A stretch of 64,000 nt of DNA from Planctomycetota bacterium (GTDB lineage Bacteria; Planctomycetota; GCA-002687715; CAIWVZ01): positions 160,001 to 224,000 of the forward strand of contig JBGANV010000003.1 of NCBI GenBank assembly GCA_044222185.1, read 5' to 3'. Each line of letters opens with the position of its first letter. Within the stretch, counting starts at the first letter, position 1. The notes beneath the pieces are model-generated. The model saw only the letters and a list, made by a program, of their open reading frames with translations. It was not told the origin of the DNA and searched no databases. The translations under genes were made by a program, and so were the position numbers. Shown in pieces: positions 1 to 10,321 of the stretch.

Positions 1-475
1 CCAGACGGGTGCGAACGGCATCCTCGGTTCATTCAACCAGGCGACGGCCGTCGCGGGCACGAGCTGGAAGCTCACCCGTTCGAACTTCTATCCGCCGACG
101 GCACGGCTGACGCGCACCGGTGACGGCTCCGCCGGCAACGCACTGGCGTTGACGGTGATCGGCCAGGCGTCGAAGCCGGTCGTGATCACGGCCGGCACGC
201 TCCTCGGACCGACGTTCGCGCCGCCCTACGGCCGCCTCGAGCTGAACTACGCGGATCCGTCGTCGTTCGTCGTGCTGGCGGACGGTGTCGGCATGACCGG
301 CGCCGCCGATCCGAACGCCGTCACGTCGAGTGGCTGCGACTACACGTTCAGCGCCGTCCTGCCGGTTGCAGTCCCGTCGCTGCTCACGGTGTACTTCGAG
401 GCCATCGTCTTCGATGGAAACGCCCCGGGTGGCTACTGGTGGCGTTCGAACGTCGCCCAGGTCACGGGACTCTGA
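1..475 (+). CDS. 3' end of a putative secreted protein (5'-truncated by window) ending in the recurrent C-terminal domain
   Basis: Frame is open from nt 2 to TGA at 473-475. It ends ...VLADGVG...VYFEAIVFDG...RSNVAQVTGL, resembling other C-termini in this window. Confidence 0.75.
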   Translation, partial: QTGANGILGSFNQATAVAGTSWKLTRSNFYPPTARLTRTGDGSAGNALALTVIGQASKPVVITAGTLLGPTFAPPYGRLELNYADPSSFVVLADGVGMTGAADPNAVTSSGCDYTFSAVLPVAVPSLLTVYFEAIVFDGNAPGGYWWRSNVAQVTGL

Positions 476-595
476 TCGGCGCATAGGACGATCCGCCGAC
501 ACGGATCACCTCGCCAGAACGCGGCGGCCATCGGTCACGGTGGCTGCCGCGTCTTTCGTCGTGGAGGACCGGAACGGGACGAGAGACAATCGCCC

Positions 596-1180
596 ATGAC
601 GCGACCCGACGCCTTGCTCTTCGACGCGTGGATGCGGAGGTCCTTCGACCAGTGGGTCGGCCCGATCTCGCCGGAACGACGGGCCGAATACGACTCGACC
701 GTGACCGCGGTCGCGGCAGCGATGACGTCGCGCGGTGACCGGTTCTGGTGCGAGATCCCGCGCGCGATCCAGAAGACGTTCGGTCCGCGCGGCTTCGCCT
801 GGAACGGCATCTACCGTGTCTCGGCGCGAACGCTGGAGCTCGTCGCTGCCGCAGGCCCACCAGTCTGTACCGCGCTGCCCCTCGCCGGGGGACCGGGCTC
901 GTCGGGCATGTGCTGGGATGGCGTCCTCATGAACCAGACGCTCGTCGCTGGCGACGTGAAACGGTGGCCCGGCTACGTGTCCTGCGACGGTGAGAGCGGC
1001 CTGCGAACGGTTGCAGGCCTCGTCTGTCCGATCCGCGAAAGCGGCGGCCGGCCGATCGCCGTGTGGGACCTGGACAGCACGCGCCCGCTCGCGCCCGAGG
1101 ATCCCCTGTTCTTCGACCGGCTGTTCGCGACGCTTTCGATCGCTGCGGAACCGGTTGCGAACGACCTCGAGCCTCATTGA
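596..1180 (+). CDS. msrC: GAF-domain protein, free methionine-R-sulfoxide reductase (fRMsr/YebR)-like
   Basis: W.G.Y, GPPVC, GMC, PGYVSCD, LVCPI and DLDS motifs with the three Cys typical of fRMsr. Confidence 0.7.
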   Translation: MTRPDALLFDAWMRRSFDQWVGPISPERRAEYDSTVTAVAAAMTSRGDRFWCEIPRAIQKTFGPRGFAWNGIYRVSARTLELVAAAGPPVCTALPLAGGPGSSGMCWDGVLMNQTLVAGDVKRWPGYVSCDGESGLRTVAGLVCPIRESGGRPIAVWDLDSTRPLAPEDPLFFDRLFATLSIAAEPVANDLEPH

Positions 1181-1249
1181 GGTGGAATCCGGCTCGGAGC
1201 GGCAGGCGCGCCCGCCGCACGGCTACCATGCGCCCCTGGAGAGCCTTGG

Positions 1250-1798
1250 ATGACCGATTACCGACTTGCGACGAAACGCGTCTATGAGGGCCGGGTCCTG
1301 AAGGTCGACCTCGACCTTGTGAGCCTCCCGAACGGCAAGCAGACGAATCTGGAGATGATCCGACACCCGGGAGCCTCGGCGGTCGTGCCCCTCTTCCCCG
1401 ATGGCCGCGTGCGACTCATCCGCCAGTTCCGCTACGCCGCCGAGGCGTTCATCCTGGAGGTCCCGGCGGGCAAGCTCGACCCGGGGGAAACTCCCGCACG
1501 GTGCGCCGCACGCGAGGTCGAGGAGGAAGCCGGAGTGCGCGCCGGTCGATTACACTCGCTCGGCTTCATCTTCACGACGCCGGGGTTCACGGACGAGCGG
1601 ATCCACCTCTTCGCGGCAACGGGGCTCACTCCCGTCGAACGTCACCTCGACGACGACGAGGTGATCGACACGGTCGACATGACGCTTTCGGAAGCCTTGC
1701 GACTGGCGCGCACCGGCGGGATCCAGGACTCGAAGTCGTTGTGCGCGCTGTGGCGGACGGAGCAGGAGCTGGCCGCGGGAGCGATCACCCTCGCATGA
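1250..1798 (+). CDS. NUDIX hydrolase, ADP-ribose pyrophosphatase-like
   Basis: Nudix box GKLDPGETPARCAAREVEEEAG, plus HPGAS, QFRY, PGFTDE and IQDSKS motifs. Confidence 0.9.
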   Translation: MTDYRLATKRVYEGRVLKVDLDLVSLPNGKQTNLEMIRHPGASAVVPLFPDGRVRLIRQFRYAAEAFILEVPAGKLDPGETPARCAAREVEEEAGVRAGRLHSLGFIFTTPGFTDERIHLFAATGLTPVERHLDDDEVIDTVDMTLSEALRLARTGGIQDSKSLCALWRTEQELAAGAITLA

Positions 1799-3090
1799 AG
1801 TTCGCCCTCGTCGCCGCATTCGTGGCGATCGTTCCCTGCGCGGCACAGAAGGCCTCGAAGGCGCCCGAACCCAAGTGGATCGCGATCGAGCGCGACGCGC
1901 TGGCCGGCATCCAGAAGCTGTGGGTCGATCTCGCCCAGGCCGCCAACGAGCAGCGCGATGCCGGGATCGCGAGCCGAGCCATCGCCGCGGCGAAGGACGC
2001 CGGCGTCGACGAGAAACGGCTGGCCGCGCTGCAGGCGAGGTCAGCGACGGCCGCCGACTCGCGCCCGAGTGCGACGGCGCTCGCCCGGGAGAAGCTCGTC
2101 CGAAAGCAGGCCGCGGACCGATTCGAGAGGCTCGCGCCAACCGAGTGCGACGCGGCCGCCGAGGAGCACTTCGAGCAGCACCTGTGGCGCGCGTTCGACC
2201 TGGATGCCTCGAGTCCGTCGAGGCTCGTGGCGTTCCAGTCCATGCTCCGCGACGCCGCTGCCAGGCATCGATGGGATCGCGTGCAGCGCATGCTCGTTCG
2301 CGCGGAGACGCTGGACCCGGCCGGGTTCGATGCAGGACGGTACGCCGCCGTCGGCGACCAACTCGGGCTGGAGGACGCCGTTCGCATCCACGCCATCGCG
2401 CATCCCATGCAGGCGTGGGTTGCGCTTCCCAGGGGCTGGACGAAGGCGAAGTCCTGGCCAGTGGTCGTCGCCGTGGAGGGCGCCGGTTGCAACTTCCTCG
2501 GGGCGTGCAGGGCATTCCGGGGCGCGCGCGCCGACCTCCCCTTCATCATCGTGACGCCCGTGAGTTTCACGAACACGAACGAACTCAACCCGGCGGCCTA
2601 CCCCTATCCGCCGTCCGTCATCGAGGCGAACAAGGATCGGAGCGCGCGCTTCGACTTCGACGTTCCCGGGCTCACGGCCACACTCGCGGCGGTTACGGCG
2701 CGCTTCAACGGCGAGCGGACGTTCTACATGACCGGGTTCTCGGGAGGCGGATTCCTCACCTACTACTGGCTCCTGCACCGCGGCGACGATCTACGGGCCG
2801 CGGCCCCGGCCTGCGCCAACTTCGATCCCGCGCTGGCTCAGGCCGTCGCGGCGCCGAAGGATCTGGCGCTGCCGATCCACGTGTTCGAGGGTGAGAAGGA
2901 CGAGAACCGACGGCTCGTCCTCGGCAAGTACTCGCCCGGTCTGGACGAGCAGAATGATTCGGCCGCGCGAGCGCTGTCCGACCTCGGAATGACGAAGATC
3001 GAGCGCACGCGCCTTCCGGGCGTGGGGCACAGCTCCTGTCCCGCCGAGGTGATGAAGTTCTTCGAGTCCGTGCGAACGCGCCGGCCCTGA
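1795..3090 (+). CDS. Secreted alpha/beta-hydrolase (esterase-like) with a helical N-terminal region
   Basis: ATGA overlap with the NUDIX gene, signal peptide MKFALVAAFVAIVPCAAQ, nucleophile elbow GFSGGG, and C-terminal PGVGH. Confidence 0.75.
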   Translation: MKFALVAAFVAIVPCAAQKASKAPEPKWIAIERDALAGIQKLWVDLAQAANEQRDAGIASRAIAAAKDAGVDEKRLAALQARSATAADSRPSATALAREKLVRKQAADRFERLAPTECDAAAEEHFEQHLWRAFDLDASSPSRLVAFQSMLRDAAARHRWDRVQRMLVRAETLDPAGFDAGRYAAVGDQLGLEDAVRIHAIAHPMQAWVALPRGWTKAKSWPVVVAVEGAGCNFLGACRAFRGARADLPFIIVTPVSFTNTNELNPAAYPYPPSVIEANKDRSARFDFDVPGLTATLAAVTARFNGERTFYMTGFSGGGFLTYYWLLHRGDDLRAAAPACANFDPALAQAVAAPKDLALPIHVFEGEKDENRRLVLGKYSPGLDEQNDSAARALSDLGMTKIERTRLPGVGHSSCPAEVMKFFESVRTRRP

Positions 3091-3109
3091 TGGGCGCCGG
3101 CTCGGCCGG

Positions 3110-4849
3110 TCAGAGTATGTCCTTCATCTCGTCGACGGCTTCACTGCGCAGATCGTAGTTCGAATCGATCGCGACGCGCGGCAGGTCCGACCAGGGCGTG
3201 CGGCGGCCCAGGTTCCCGAGGGCGACGACCGCGTAGGCGCGGGACAGATGCTGCTGGTGATCGTCGTCGACGATCTTGATCAACGCATCGAGGACGGCGG
3301 GGTCGCCCAGCCGCCCGAGCGCGGTCGCCGCCGACCCCTTGATGACGTTCGATCCGCCGTCGCTGATGAGTTTCACCAACTGATCACGCGCCGCCTGATC
3401 GCCGATGCAGCCGAGAGCGAACGCCGAGCCGCAAAGGAGGTCCGCCGACTTGCTGTCGTTCTGCAGCTTGATGAGCACCGGTGCCGCCGTGCGATCCCGA
3501 AGCAGCGCGAAGTACCACATGGTGTGCGCCGTGACCTCCGGCGAACGTCCCTGCTTCACCAGGTCGAGCATCATGGGGAGCGAAGCCTTGTCCTGCAGCA
3601 ACCCCAGCGACACCGCCAGTGCACCGCGAAGCGAGTCGTCCGAGCCCGACTCGAACTCCTTGCGAAGGGCCGGAGCCACGTCCGTCGCGCCCGCGATGCC
3701 GAGCGCCAGCGCGACGAATGCGCGGTCCTGCTTCTCCTGGTTCTCGTAGCGGGTCTTCAGCGCCTTGATCGCCGTCGGCCCACCGACGCGGCCGAGCGCG
3801 ATCGTCGCCATGCGGCGCGCGAACAAATCGCCGTCCGATGCGGCCATCTGGGCGAGCACGCTGACGTTCTTGGCGTCGTCCTTGGCGAGGATCCGCCCCG
3901 CCGCGATGGCCGCGGATGCACGGACGTCCGCTCGCGGATCCGCGAGGGTCTTCATCACGAAGGGAAGCGACCCCGGATCCCGAACCTTCGCGATCGCGAC
4001 CGTGCCGAAGGCCACGTCGAAACGGTCCAGCGTCGTCGCCTCGCCCAAGGCGCGCTGGAGCAGCGATGCGACCATGGCGCCGCGATCCTTCGTTCCGTCG
4101 CGGCGGTCGGCCCCGGCCCAAAGGCCGGCGCCGATCCACCGAGCCGACTCGATCGGCGCGAAGCCTGCCTGGCTTGCGAGGGACGCCTTCGCCGACCCAT
4201 GTCCGAGCCCGTCGAGGAGCAGGCCGCGCGCCGCCTCACCGCCGGAGAACCCCAACGCGATGGCGGCCATGCCGCGCTCGCGCACGTTGCGCTCGGTCGT
4301 GTTGAAGATGTTCACGAGCGTCGCCTCGCCCTTCGCCTCGCGGAGGAGTCCGAGCCCGACGATCGCGGCCTCCGTGACGTTGCGGTCGTGATCGGCAACC
4401 GCACGCACGATCGCGTCCAGATCGTTGCCATCACCGGCCTTGCCCAGGGCGATGGCGGCGCTCGCGCGGACCTCGAAGTTCTTGTCCTTCAGCGCGCGCA
4501 TGAGCACGGGAATGAGTTTGCGGCGAACGTCCTCGCGCGTCATGGGAACGGCGGCAGCCATGGCGCCACCGTCGGACGCCGTGGCGGTCGCCCCCGGCAC
4601 GAGGAAGTCCTCCCGGTTCATGGCCCACCAGCACTCCCACCGCGCCGGGTCGAACGTGGGACCGTTCTGCGAGAACGCCGGGACGCCAGTCTTGGGAATG
4701 CGGGGGCCGTTTCGATCGGGACGACGCGCCGGCGGAATGTCCACGCTTCCCGGGCCCGCGTACTGACCACCATGCGCCTCGGCAACGGGTGCCATGAGAC
4801 CGAACAGGACGACCACCAGGGCAACGACGACGACATGGAGATGTTTCAC
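3110..4849 (-). CDS. Secreted HEAT/PBS-lyase repeat protein
   Basis: Signal peptide followed by HGGQYAGPG, W..WW..N and many VR..AA.ALG repeats. Confidence 0.85.
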   Translation of the reverse strand: MKHLHVVVVALVVVLFGLMAPVAEAHGGQYAGPGSVDIPPARRPDRNGPRIPKTGVPAFSQNGPTFDPARWECWWAMNREDFLVPGATATASDGGAMAAAVPMTREDVRRKLIPVLMRALKDKNFEVRASAAIALGKAGDGNDLDAIVRAVADHDRNVTEAAIVGLGLLREAKGEATLVNIFNTTERNVRERGMAAIALGFSGGEAARGLLLDGLGHGSAKASLASQAGFAPIESARWIGAGLWAGADRRDGTKDRGAMVASLLQRALGEATTLDRFDVAFGTVAIAKVRDPGSLPFVMKTLADPRADVRASAAIAAGRILAKDDAKNVSVLAQMAASDGDLFARRMATIALGRVGGPTAIKALKTRYENQEKQDRAFVALALGIAGATDVAPALRKEFESGSDDSLRGALAVSLGLLQDKASLPMMLDLVKQGRSPEVTAHTMWYFALLRDRTAAPVLIKLQNDSKSADLLCGSAFALGCIGDQAARDQLVKLISDGGSNVIKGSAATALGRLGDPAVLDALIKIVDDDHQQHLSRAYAVVALGNLGRRTPWSDLPRVAIDSNYDLRSEAVDEMKDIL

Positions 4850-5018
4850 CGCGTGGACTCCCGTGCGATTCCGCTCGCAACTGTTGGTGATTCCTACGTG
4901 ATCGCAGGCTCATCGTGAACCCCGCCATGCCTGGGCCCTCGGGATGGACCCCTGCCGGACGGTCGCACGCCCCGGTCAACCGCAAACGACGGGCCGACTG
5001 TCGCCCCCGGGCGCCCGC

Positions 5019-5049
5019 GGGAATCTTTGTCCGCTCCGTCTCGTCGATC
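5019..5049 (+). promoter_or_regulatory. Putative ECF-sigma promoter GGGAAT-N17-CGTCGATC
   Basis: Ends 27 nt before ATG 5077. The same two boxes with the same spacing occur at 34390-34420 (-). Confidence 0.5.
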
Positions 5050-5076
5050 GGGGACCGAACGCAACGGAGCCGAACC

Positions 5077-7437
5077 ATGCGACGTGTCGTCTTCCTCAGC
5101 GGCCGATCGATCTGGCCAGCACTCGCCCTCGCCGTGTCCTTCTTCGGCGGCGCAGCGACCGCTCAGCGGGACACGGGCCCGGAGACACCCGAACCCCGTT
5201 TTGCCGACCGCGTGCTGTTCTTCGAGCCCGACTACCTGCGCGGCCGTGTATCGACCGATCCTGATTGGACGGCTCCGTCGGCGGCTTTGGGACCCCCGAC
5301 CCAGTCCGTCGGCGGGTACGTCGCGCTCGGGGGCGGGGGGCGCCTCGCGGTCGGGTTCACGAGGGTGTGGATTGCGTGCAGCGGCGACGGGCGGCCGGAT
5401 CTCACGATCTCCAAGGCACGCGACAGAAAAGCCTGCGACGTTTTCGTGAAACCCGCCGACCGATCGACGGAGAGCGCATTGATCGCCGCCGAGTACCTGG
5501 GCGACGCCGCCGGGTGGTTTCGCGTCGGCAGGGCCGCCGACGAGGTTGAACCCTTCGACCTGGACTCCTGCTTCACGCGAGCCGCAGGGTGCAGTCTTCG
5601 ATTCCGCGGTGTGCGCCTCGACGACGCCAACCCGAGGGATGGAGACGCGCTCGCGGGCGCGGCCATCGACGCCGTCGCCGCGTTGAGCTGGGTCGAGGCC
5701 GAGCATCAACTCGATTCCGCCGAAGCCTCGCTTCGCGTGTTCGGCGAGTCCGACGACACGTGGCCACGGGCGATCGAGGTCAACGTCAACGAAGCGCGCA
5801 GGCTCCACGTCGAGGTGCGCGCCGCGCCCTTCACGCCGTTCATGATCCTCTTCTCGCCGGCGGGGCTCGTCGAGCATGCCGGCCTGCCAATGGACGGAGG
5901 CATCGTCGACCTCGACCCGCGGGACGGAATCCGCGTCATCCTCGACGGGATCCATCGTTCGGGCGGAACGCGCTTCGACCCGGACGCCGTAACGGACGAA
6001 TTCGGTACGTGGTCGTTCAGCGTCCCATTGCCCGAGATCGACCCGTCGTCGGTGACCGACCCGAGGGCTCACCTCGGCGCCATCCAGGTCGCCGTCCGGG
6101 ACCCCCTGCGGCCACGATCGGTGATCCTCACGGGCGCGGCGGACATGACGCTCGTCGCGGCCCGCCCACGCGCGGGGATCTTCGTCGCGCGCCTCGACGA
6201 CGTGGACCGCGCCGACGGTTCGCCGCAGCGGCCGTTCCCCAGCGTCACGGAGGGTCTGGCCGCCGCCCGGGCGTCCCACGCAACGCAGTTGTGGGTCGCG
6301 GCTGGCGTCTATCACGAGAGCCCCGTGTTCCCCGACGGCGTCTCGGTGCACGGCGGACTCAACCCGGAGGACTGGCACCCGGTCGCCGGGGCGTGGTCGA
6401 CATTCGCCGTGGGCTCCGTTCCCGCCCAGGTCGAACGCTGCACCATGCCGACGCTCGTCGAGTGGCTCGAGTTCTTCGCGGAGACGCCCATTCGCCCCGG
6501 TCGCAATTCGACGGCGCTCGAGATCAACCAGTCGACGCCTGCGCTCGAGTTCCGCGACTGCCGTTTCTTCGCCGACCGCGGTGCCGACGGCGCTGACGGC
6601 GTCGTACGCCCCGATGTCCCCGGCTCCTTCGGGGGCGACGGTGGCCGTGGCGGGAGTCGACTGAACGAAGCGGGACACCGCGGCCTGAGCGGCGAACTCG
6701 GTGCGACGGGCGGCGCGGGTGGTGCGGCGTCGGCGATGGGAAGTGGTTCTCCAGGTCATGACGGGTCGGCCGGTGCGCTCGTTCGCCCCGGGCGCAACGG
6801 CGAACGCGCACCCGACGGAACACTCTCCGAGACCGGGTGGATCACCGGCGCGGGCGGCGACGGCACGGATGGCGACGCGGGACGCGGCGGCGGTGGTGGC
6901 GGAGGTGGCGGCGCTGGGGCCGCGCCCGGGCCGCGCAACCGCCGCATCACCGTGCCCGGCGGCGCGGGCGGGGCCGGCGGTCGCGGAGGCGACGGTGGCG
7001 GCGCCGGCATCGGAGGCCTCGGCGGCGGCGGTTCGTTCGCAGTGACGCTGATCAACGCAAGCCCGGTGTTCTGCGGCTGCACGTTCCGTGCGCAGCGCGG
7101 CGGCGCGGGTGGGGCCGGCGCCGACGGTCACCCGGGGACGGACGGATTCGCGGGAATCGCCGGCGTCCCAGGCGCGTCCTTCGGTGGCGTCACGGGTGGC
7201 ACGGGCGGAGCGGGCGGTCGCGGCACCCGAGGCGGTGCCGGTGGCGGCGGAGGGGGTGGCAACGGTGGCCCGAGCTACTGCGTGCTTCGAGCTGGAATCA
7301 GCATTCCGACGCTGATCCGCTGCGGGAATCACTTCGTGACGGACTTCGGCGGCGCAGGCGGCCGCGGCGGCACGCACGGGTCGGGCTTGAGCACCGCTCC
7401 CGCGGGCGTCGACGGCGTCGCGGCATCGACCAACTGA
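5077..7437 (+). CDS. Secreted multidomain protein with a DUF1565-like motif and a PE_PGRS-like Gly-rich C-terminal half
   Basis: Signal peptide, DGSPQRPFPSVTEGL...VAAGVYHE motif, and long GGXGG runs at ~6580-7400. Confidence 0.7.
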   Translation: MRRVVFLSGRSIWPALALAVSFFGGAATAQRDTGPETPEPRFADRVLFFEPDYLRGRVSTDPDWTAPSAALGPPTQSVGGYVALGGGGRLAVGFTRVWIACSGDGRPDLTISKARDRKACDVFVKPADRSTESALIAAEYLGDAAGWFRVGRAADEVEPFDLDSCFTRAAGCSLRFRGVRLDDANPRDGDALAGAAIDAVAALSWVEAEHQLDSAEASLRVFGESDDTWPRAIEVNVNEARRLHVEVRAAPFTPFMILFSPAGLVEHAGLPMDGGIVDLDPRDGIRVILDGIHRSGGTRFDPDAVTDEFGTWSFSVPLPEIDPSSVTDPRAHLGAIQVAVRDPLRPRSVILTGAADMTLVAARPRAGIFVARLDDVDRADGSPQRPFPSVTEGLAAARASHATQLWVAAGVYHESPVFPDGVSVHGGLNPEDWHPVAGAWSTFAVGSVPAQVERCTMPTLVEWLEFFAETPIRPGRNSTALEINQSTPALEFRDCRFFADRGADGADGVVRPDVPGSFGGDGGRGGSRLNEAGHRGLSGELGATGGAGGAASAMGSGSPGHDGSAGALVRPGRNGERAPDGTLSETGWITGAGGDGTDGDAGRGGGGGGGGGAGAAPGPRNRRITVPGGAGGAGGRGGDGGGAGIGGLGGGGSFAVTLINASPVFCGCTFRAQRGGAGGAGADGHPGTDGFAGIAGVPGASFGGVTGGTGGAGGRGTRGGAGGGGGGGNGGPSYCVLRAGISIPTLIRCGNHFVTDFGGAGGRGGTHGSGLSTAPAGVDGVAASTN

Positions 7438-7484
7438 CCGTCGCGTCCGATCGGGGCGCAAACGCCGTGGTACGCTCGCCCACC

Positions 7485-10241
7485 ATGGAATCGGCGAACG
7501 CGGACGAGCCACAGACGGAGCCGGACGAACCCTCGAAGTCCCGGCCCCGTCGCACCTCCCCGTCTCCGCCCCCGGGCGACCCGGGCTCGACCTCCGACGA
7601 GACGCTGTGCCTCTCCGACGAGTTCTCGTCGCACGACTTCTTCTCCGACGTGGAGTCGTTCAAGGACCTCGGACGGCGTCTCCAGGCGACCCGCGCCGGA
7701 CCGGGCCACGACGTTCCCCGACACCTGGGGCCGTTCCAGATCGAGGAGTCCATCGGCCGCGGACTCACGGGGACCGTGTTCCGCGCCCGCCATGACCGGA
7801 CCGGACGTCGCGTCGCGTTGAAGGTCACGCCGTCGAACAACCTCGATCGCGCCGACGAGCTGCGCGCCGAGGGCCGCAAGCTCGGGAGCATCGATCACCC
7901 CAACGTCGTGAAGGTACTCGACACGGGCGAGGAAAAGGGCCACGTCTGGCAAGCGCTGGACCTCGTCCCAGGCACGACGCTCGCGCGTCGCATCGTCGAG
8001 GCACAGAATCGCGCCGCGAGCACGGACGACGGCCTGGGGCGGGCACGCACGAAACCCGAACCTCTCATTCCCCCGGACCTCGCCGTCGACTGGTTCACCG
8101 ATGCCGCACGCGGCCTCGCCGCGCTCCACAAAGCGGGACTCATTCATCGCGACGTGAAGCCCGGCAACATCATGATCAGCGAGCACGGCCCGGCCGTCCT
8201 GATCGATCTGGGACTGGCCGTGTCGGCCGACACCCTCGACATGCTCGACGACGCGATCGCGGGCACGATCCCGTACATGAGCCCCGAGCAGCTCGCTGGC
8301 GGAGCCGGCAGCCTCACCCCACGGAGCGACGTCTATTCGCTCGGAGCGACGTTCTTCGAGGTCCTCACCGGGCGCAGGCTCGTCACCTCCGTGCTGCGAA
8401 GCGGTGTCGGCGGCGGCTACCAGGTCACGCGCGCAGTGAAGCCCGGTGACCTGATCCCGGGGATTCCGGCCGAGATCAGTCGGATCATCGACACGTGCAT
8501 CGACGCGGACCCGGCGCGCCGATTCGAAAACGGGGCGGCTCTCGCGGAATCGCTGGAGGAGACCCGCGCGGCACTCTCGAGCGCGCTGCGTCCGCGTCCG
8601 CCGGTGATCACCAGGACACGAACGATCGTCGCCACGACGTGCCTCCTGCTCCTGGCTGCGCTCGGCGCCGGGCTCTGGAAGCGCAACGTCCGCGGCCGCG
8701 AGATCCAGATCGTCATCGACCGCGCAGCGGGCGCGCTCGCGACGCGCGGCCCGTCCGCATCCCTCGGCGAACTCATGTCCGCGCGGCGCAGCCTCGGCCC
8801 CTCCGAGCGCCTCGACGCGGCGATCGGCGACCTGACCCGGCGCGAAGCCCCAGCGATCCTCGGCGAGTGGACCGCTGCCCTGACGATCATGCGAGGGGAC
8901 CCTGCGGCGCTCGCCGACTTCGACGCCGCAGCCCGCGACGCCGAGGAGGCGCTCGAGGTCTCGCCGGTTCCCGACCTGCTCGGGCTCGCGGTCCTCCGCG
9001 GCGTACTCACGCGCGACGGAAGAGTCGCGGCGACCCTCGCCGCCCACCCGACGATCGACTGCGCGACGGTCGCCGACCTGGATGCCATCGTCCGCCTCGA
9101 AACACACGACATCGCAGGGTTCGCCGACTCCGTGGCGCGCGCCGATCGGCTACGCGCTTCGGGAGACGACGGCAATCGGTCGATCCTCGTCTGGCGCGAC
9201 TACTGCTGGCGGCGGGCCTTCGACCGCGCCGCGAACCGCGGGTCGACGGGCGAAGCGGCTGCGCCGTGGCCGCAGGCGTTGTCGGCGAGGACGCCCGAGC
9301 TGTCGGCCATCCGAGCCGCGCTGCGCAAGCTGACGGAGTCGAGCCCCGGGAACGCACTGGCCCGAACCGTCCTCGGTCTCGCCGCGTGGGACGACGGCGA
9401 CTTCGTCGAGGCGCATCGAGCCTTCGACGGCGTCTGGAGAGAACGCGGAGCGCGTCCCTCGACGGCGCACCTGATCGCCGTCGCGGCGATCGCCCGTTGG
9501 TTCACCGCGGCTGCGACGAACGGCGCGACGGAGCCGGTGCTCGACGGAGTGGTTTCGGACCTGGATCGCGCCGCAAGCGAGTCCCCGCTCTCCTGGCGCA
9601 CCGCTTTCACCTTCGCCGGCGATGCCGTGAAGCGGACGCACGGGCGCGCCGCGGGTGTAGCCCTCTGCCGCAAGCTCGCGCCGCGATGGACGAAGCGTGA
9701 CGAAACGCCATCCGGACTCTTTCGCACGTTGGCCGAGTGCGCGCTCCAGGCTCGGGACGCCACGGACACGCCTTCGAGTCTGCGCGCCTCCGAGCTGGAA
9801 TCCACGTGGGCTGTCGTGTCCGAACACGACATGGCACACCGATCGACCGACGACCGGTTCCACCGCCATCTCATCCTGGAATGCTGCGTCGCGACGCTCG
9901 GTGACACGGCCCGCGCGACGACGGACGCTGCCGTCGCGATCGAGCTTGGCGGACGGATCGAAGCACTGATCGAACACGAGATCACACGGAACGGCGATGC
10001 CGGCTACGACGCCCAGTGGGAGGCGTTGCAGGGGATCGCACGCGTCGCCGACGTGGCGTCGAGCAAGCTCCCTGCCTCCGTCGCGCGCCTCGGGATCACG
10101 ATCGGATGCAGATTGACCGATGACGCCTACTTCGCGTCGGAGCTGGAACGGACGCCCTATGCGGCGGTCCGTTCTCGCCGTCCGGAGCGCCGCGGCGAGG
10201 CGGCGCGCCACCTCGAAGCCTTGCGCGCCTTGGAGTTCTGA
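7485..10241 (+). CDS. Membrane-anchored Hanks-type Ser/Thr protein kinase with a helical/TPR-like C-terminal region
   Basis: GRGLTGTV, VALK, HRDVKPGN, DLG (in place of DFG), GTIPYMSPE and SDVYSLG motifs; one TM helix (IVATTCLLLLAALGAGLW). Confidence 0.9.
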   Translation: MESANADEPQTEPDEPSKSRPRRTSPSPPPGDPGSTSDETLCLSDEFSSHDFFSDVESFKDLGRRLQATRAGPGHDVPRHLGPFQIEESIGRGLTGTVFRARHDRTGRRVALKVTPSNNLDRADELRAEGRKLGSIDHPNVVKVLDTGEEKGHVWQALDLVPGTTLARRIVEAQNRAASTDDGLGRARTKPEPLIPPDLAVDWFTDAARGLAALHKAGLIHRDVKPGNIMISEHGPAVLIDLGLAVSADTLDMLDDAIAGTIPYMSPEQLAGGAGSLTPRSDVYSLGATFFEVLTGRRLVTSVLRSGVGGGYQVTRAVKPGDLIPGIPAEISRIIDTCIDADPARRFENGAALAESLEETRAALSSALRPRPPVITRTRTIVATTCLLLLAALGAGLWKRNVRGREIQIVIDRAAGALATRGPSASLGELMSARRSLGPSERLDAAIGDLTRREAPAILGEWTAALTIMRGDPAALADFDAAARDAEEALEVSPVPDLLGLAVLRGVLTRDGRVAATLAAHPTIDCATVADLDAIVRLETHDIAGFADSVARADRLRASGDDGNRSILVWRDYCWRRAFDRAANRGSTGEAAAPWPQALSARTPELSAIRAALRKLTESSPGNALARTVLGLAAWDDGDFVEAHRAFDGVWRERGARPSTAHLIAVAAIARWFTAAATNGATEPVLDGVVSDLDRAASESPLSWRTAFTFAGDAVKRTHGRAAGVALCRKLAPRWTKRDETPSGLFRTLAECALQARDATDTPSSLRASELESTWAVVSEHDMAHRSTDDRFHRHLILECCVATLGDTARATTDAAVAIELGGRIEALIEHEITRNGDAGYDAQWEALQGIARVADVASSKLPASVARLGITIGCRLTDDAYFASELERTPYAAVRSRRPERRGEAARHLEALRALEF

Positions 10242-10321
10242 GGAACATCCGGCGGCCCCACGAGCCGGGCTTGGGCCCGTGCCGAGCGTCGGGCGCGCCG
10301 ATCGAAACCACGAGACCCGCC

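Noticed and set aside
6580-7400. Mycobacterial PE_PGRS gene or collagen
   Set aside because: No PE domain and no sustained Gly-X-Y periodicity; the similarity is compositional only.
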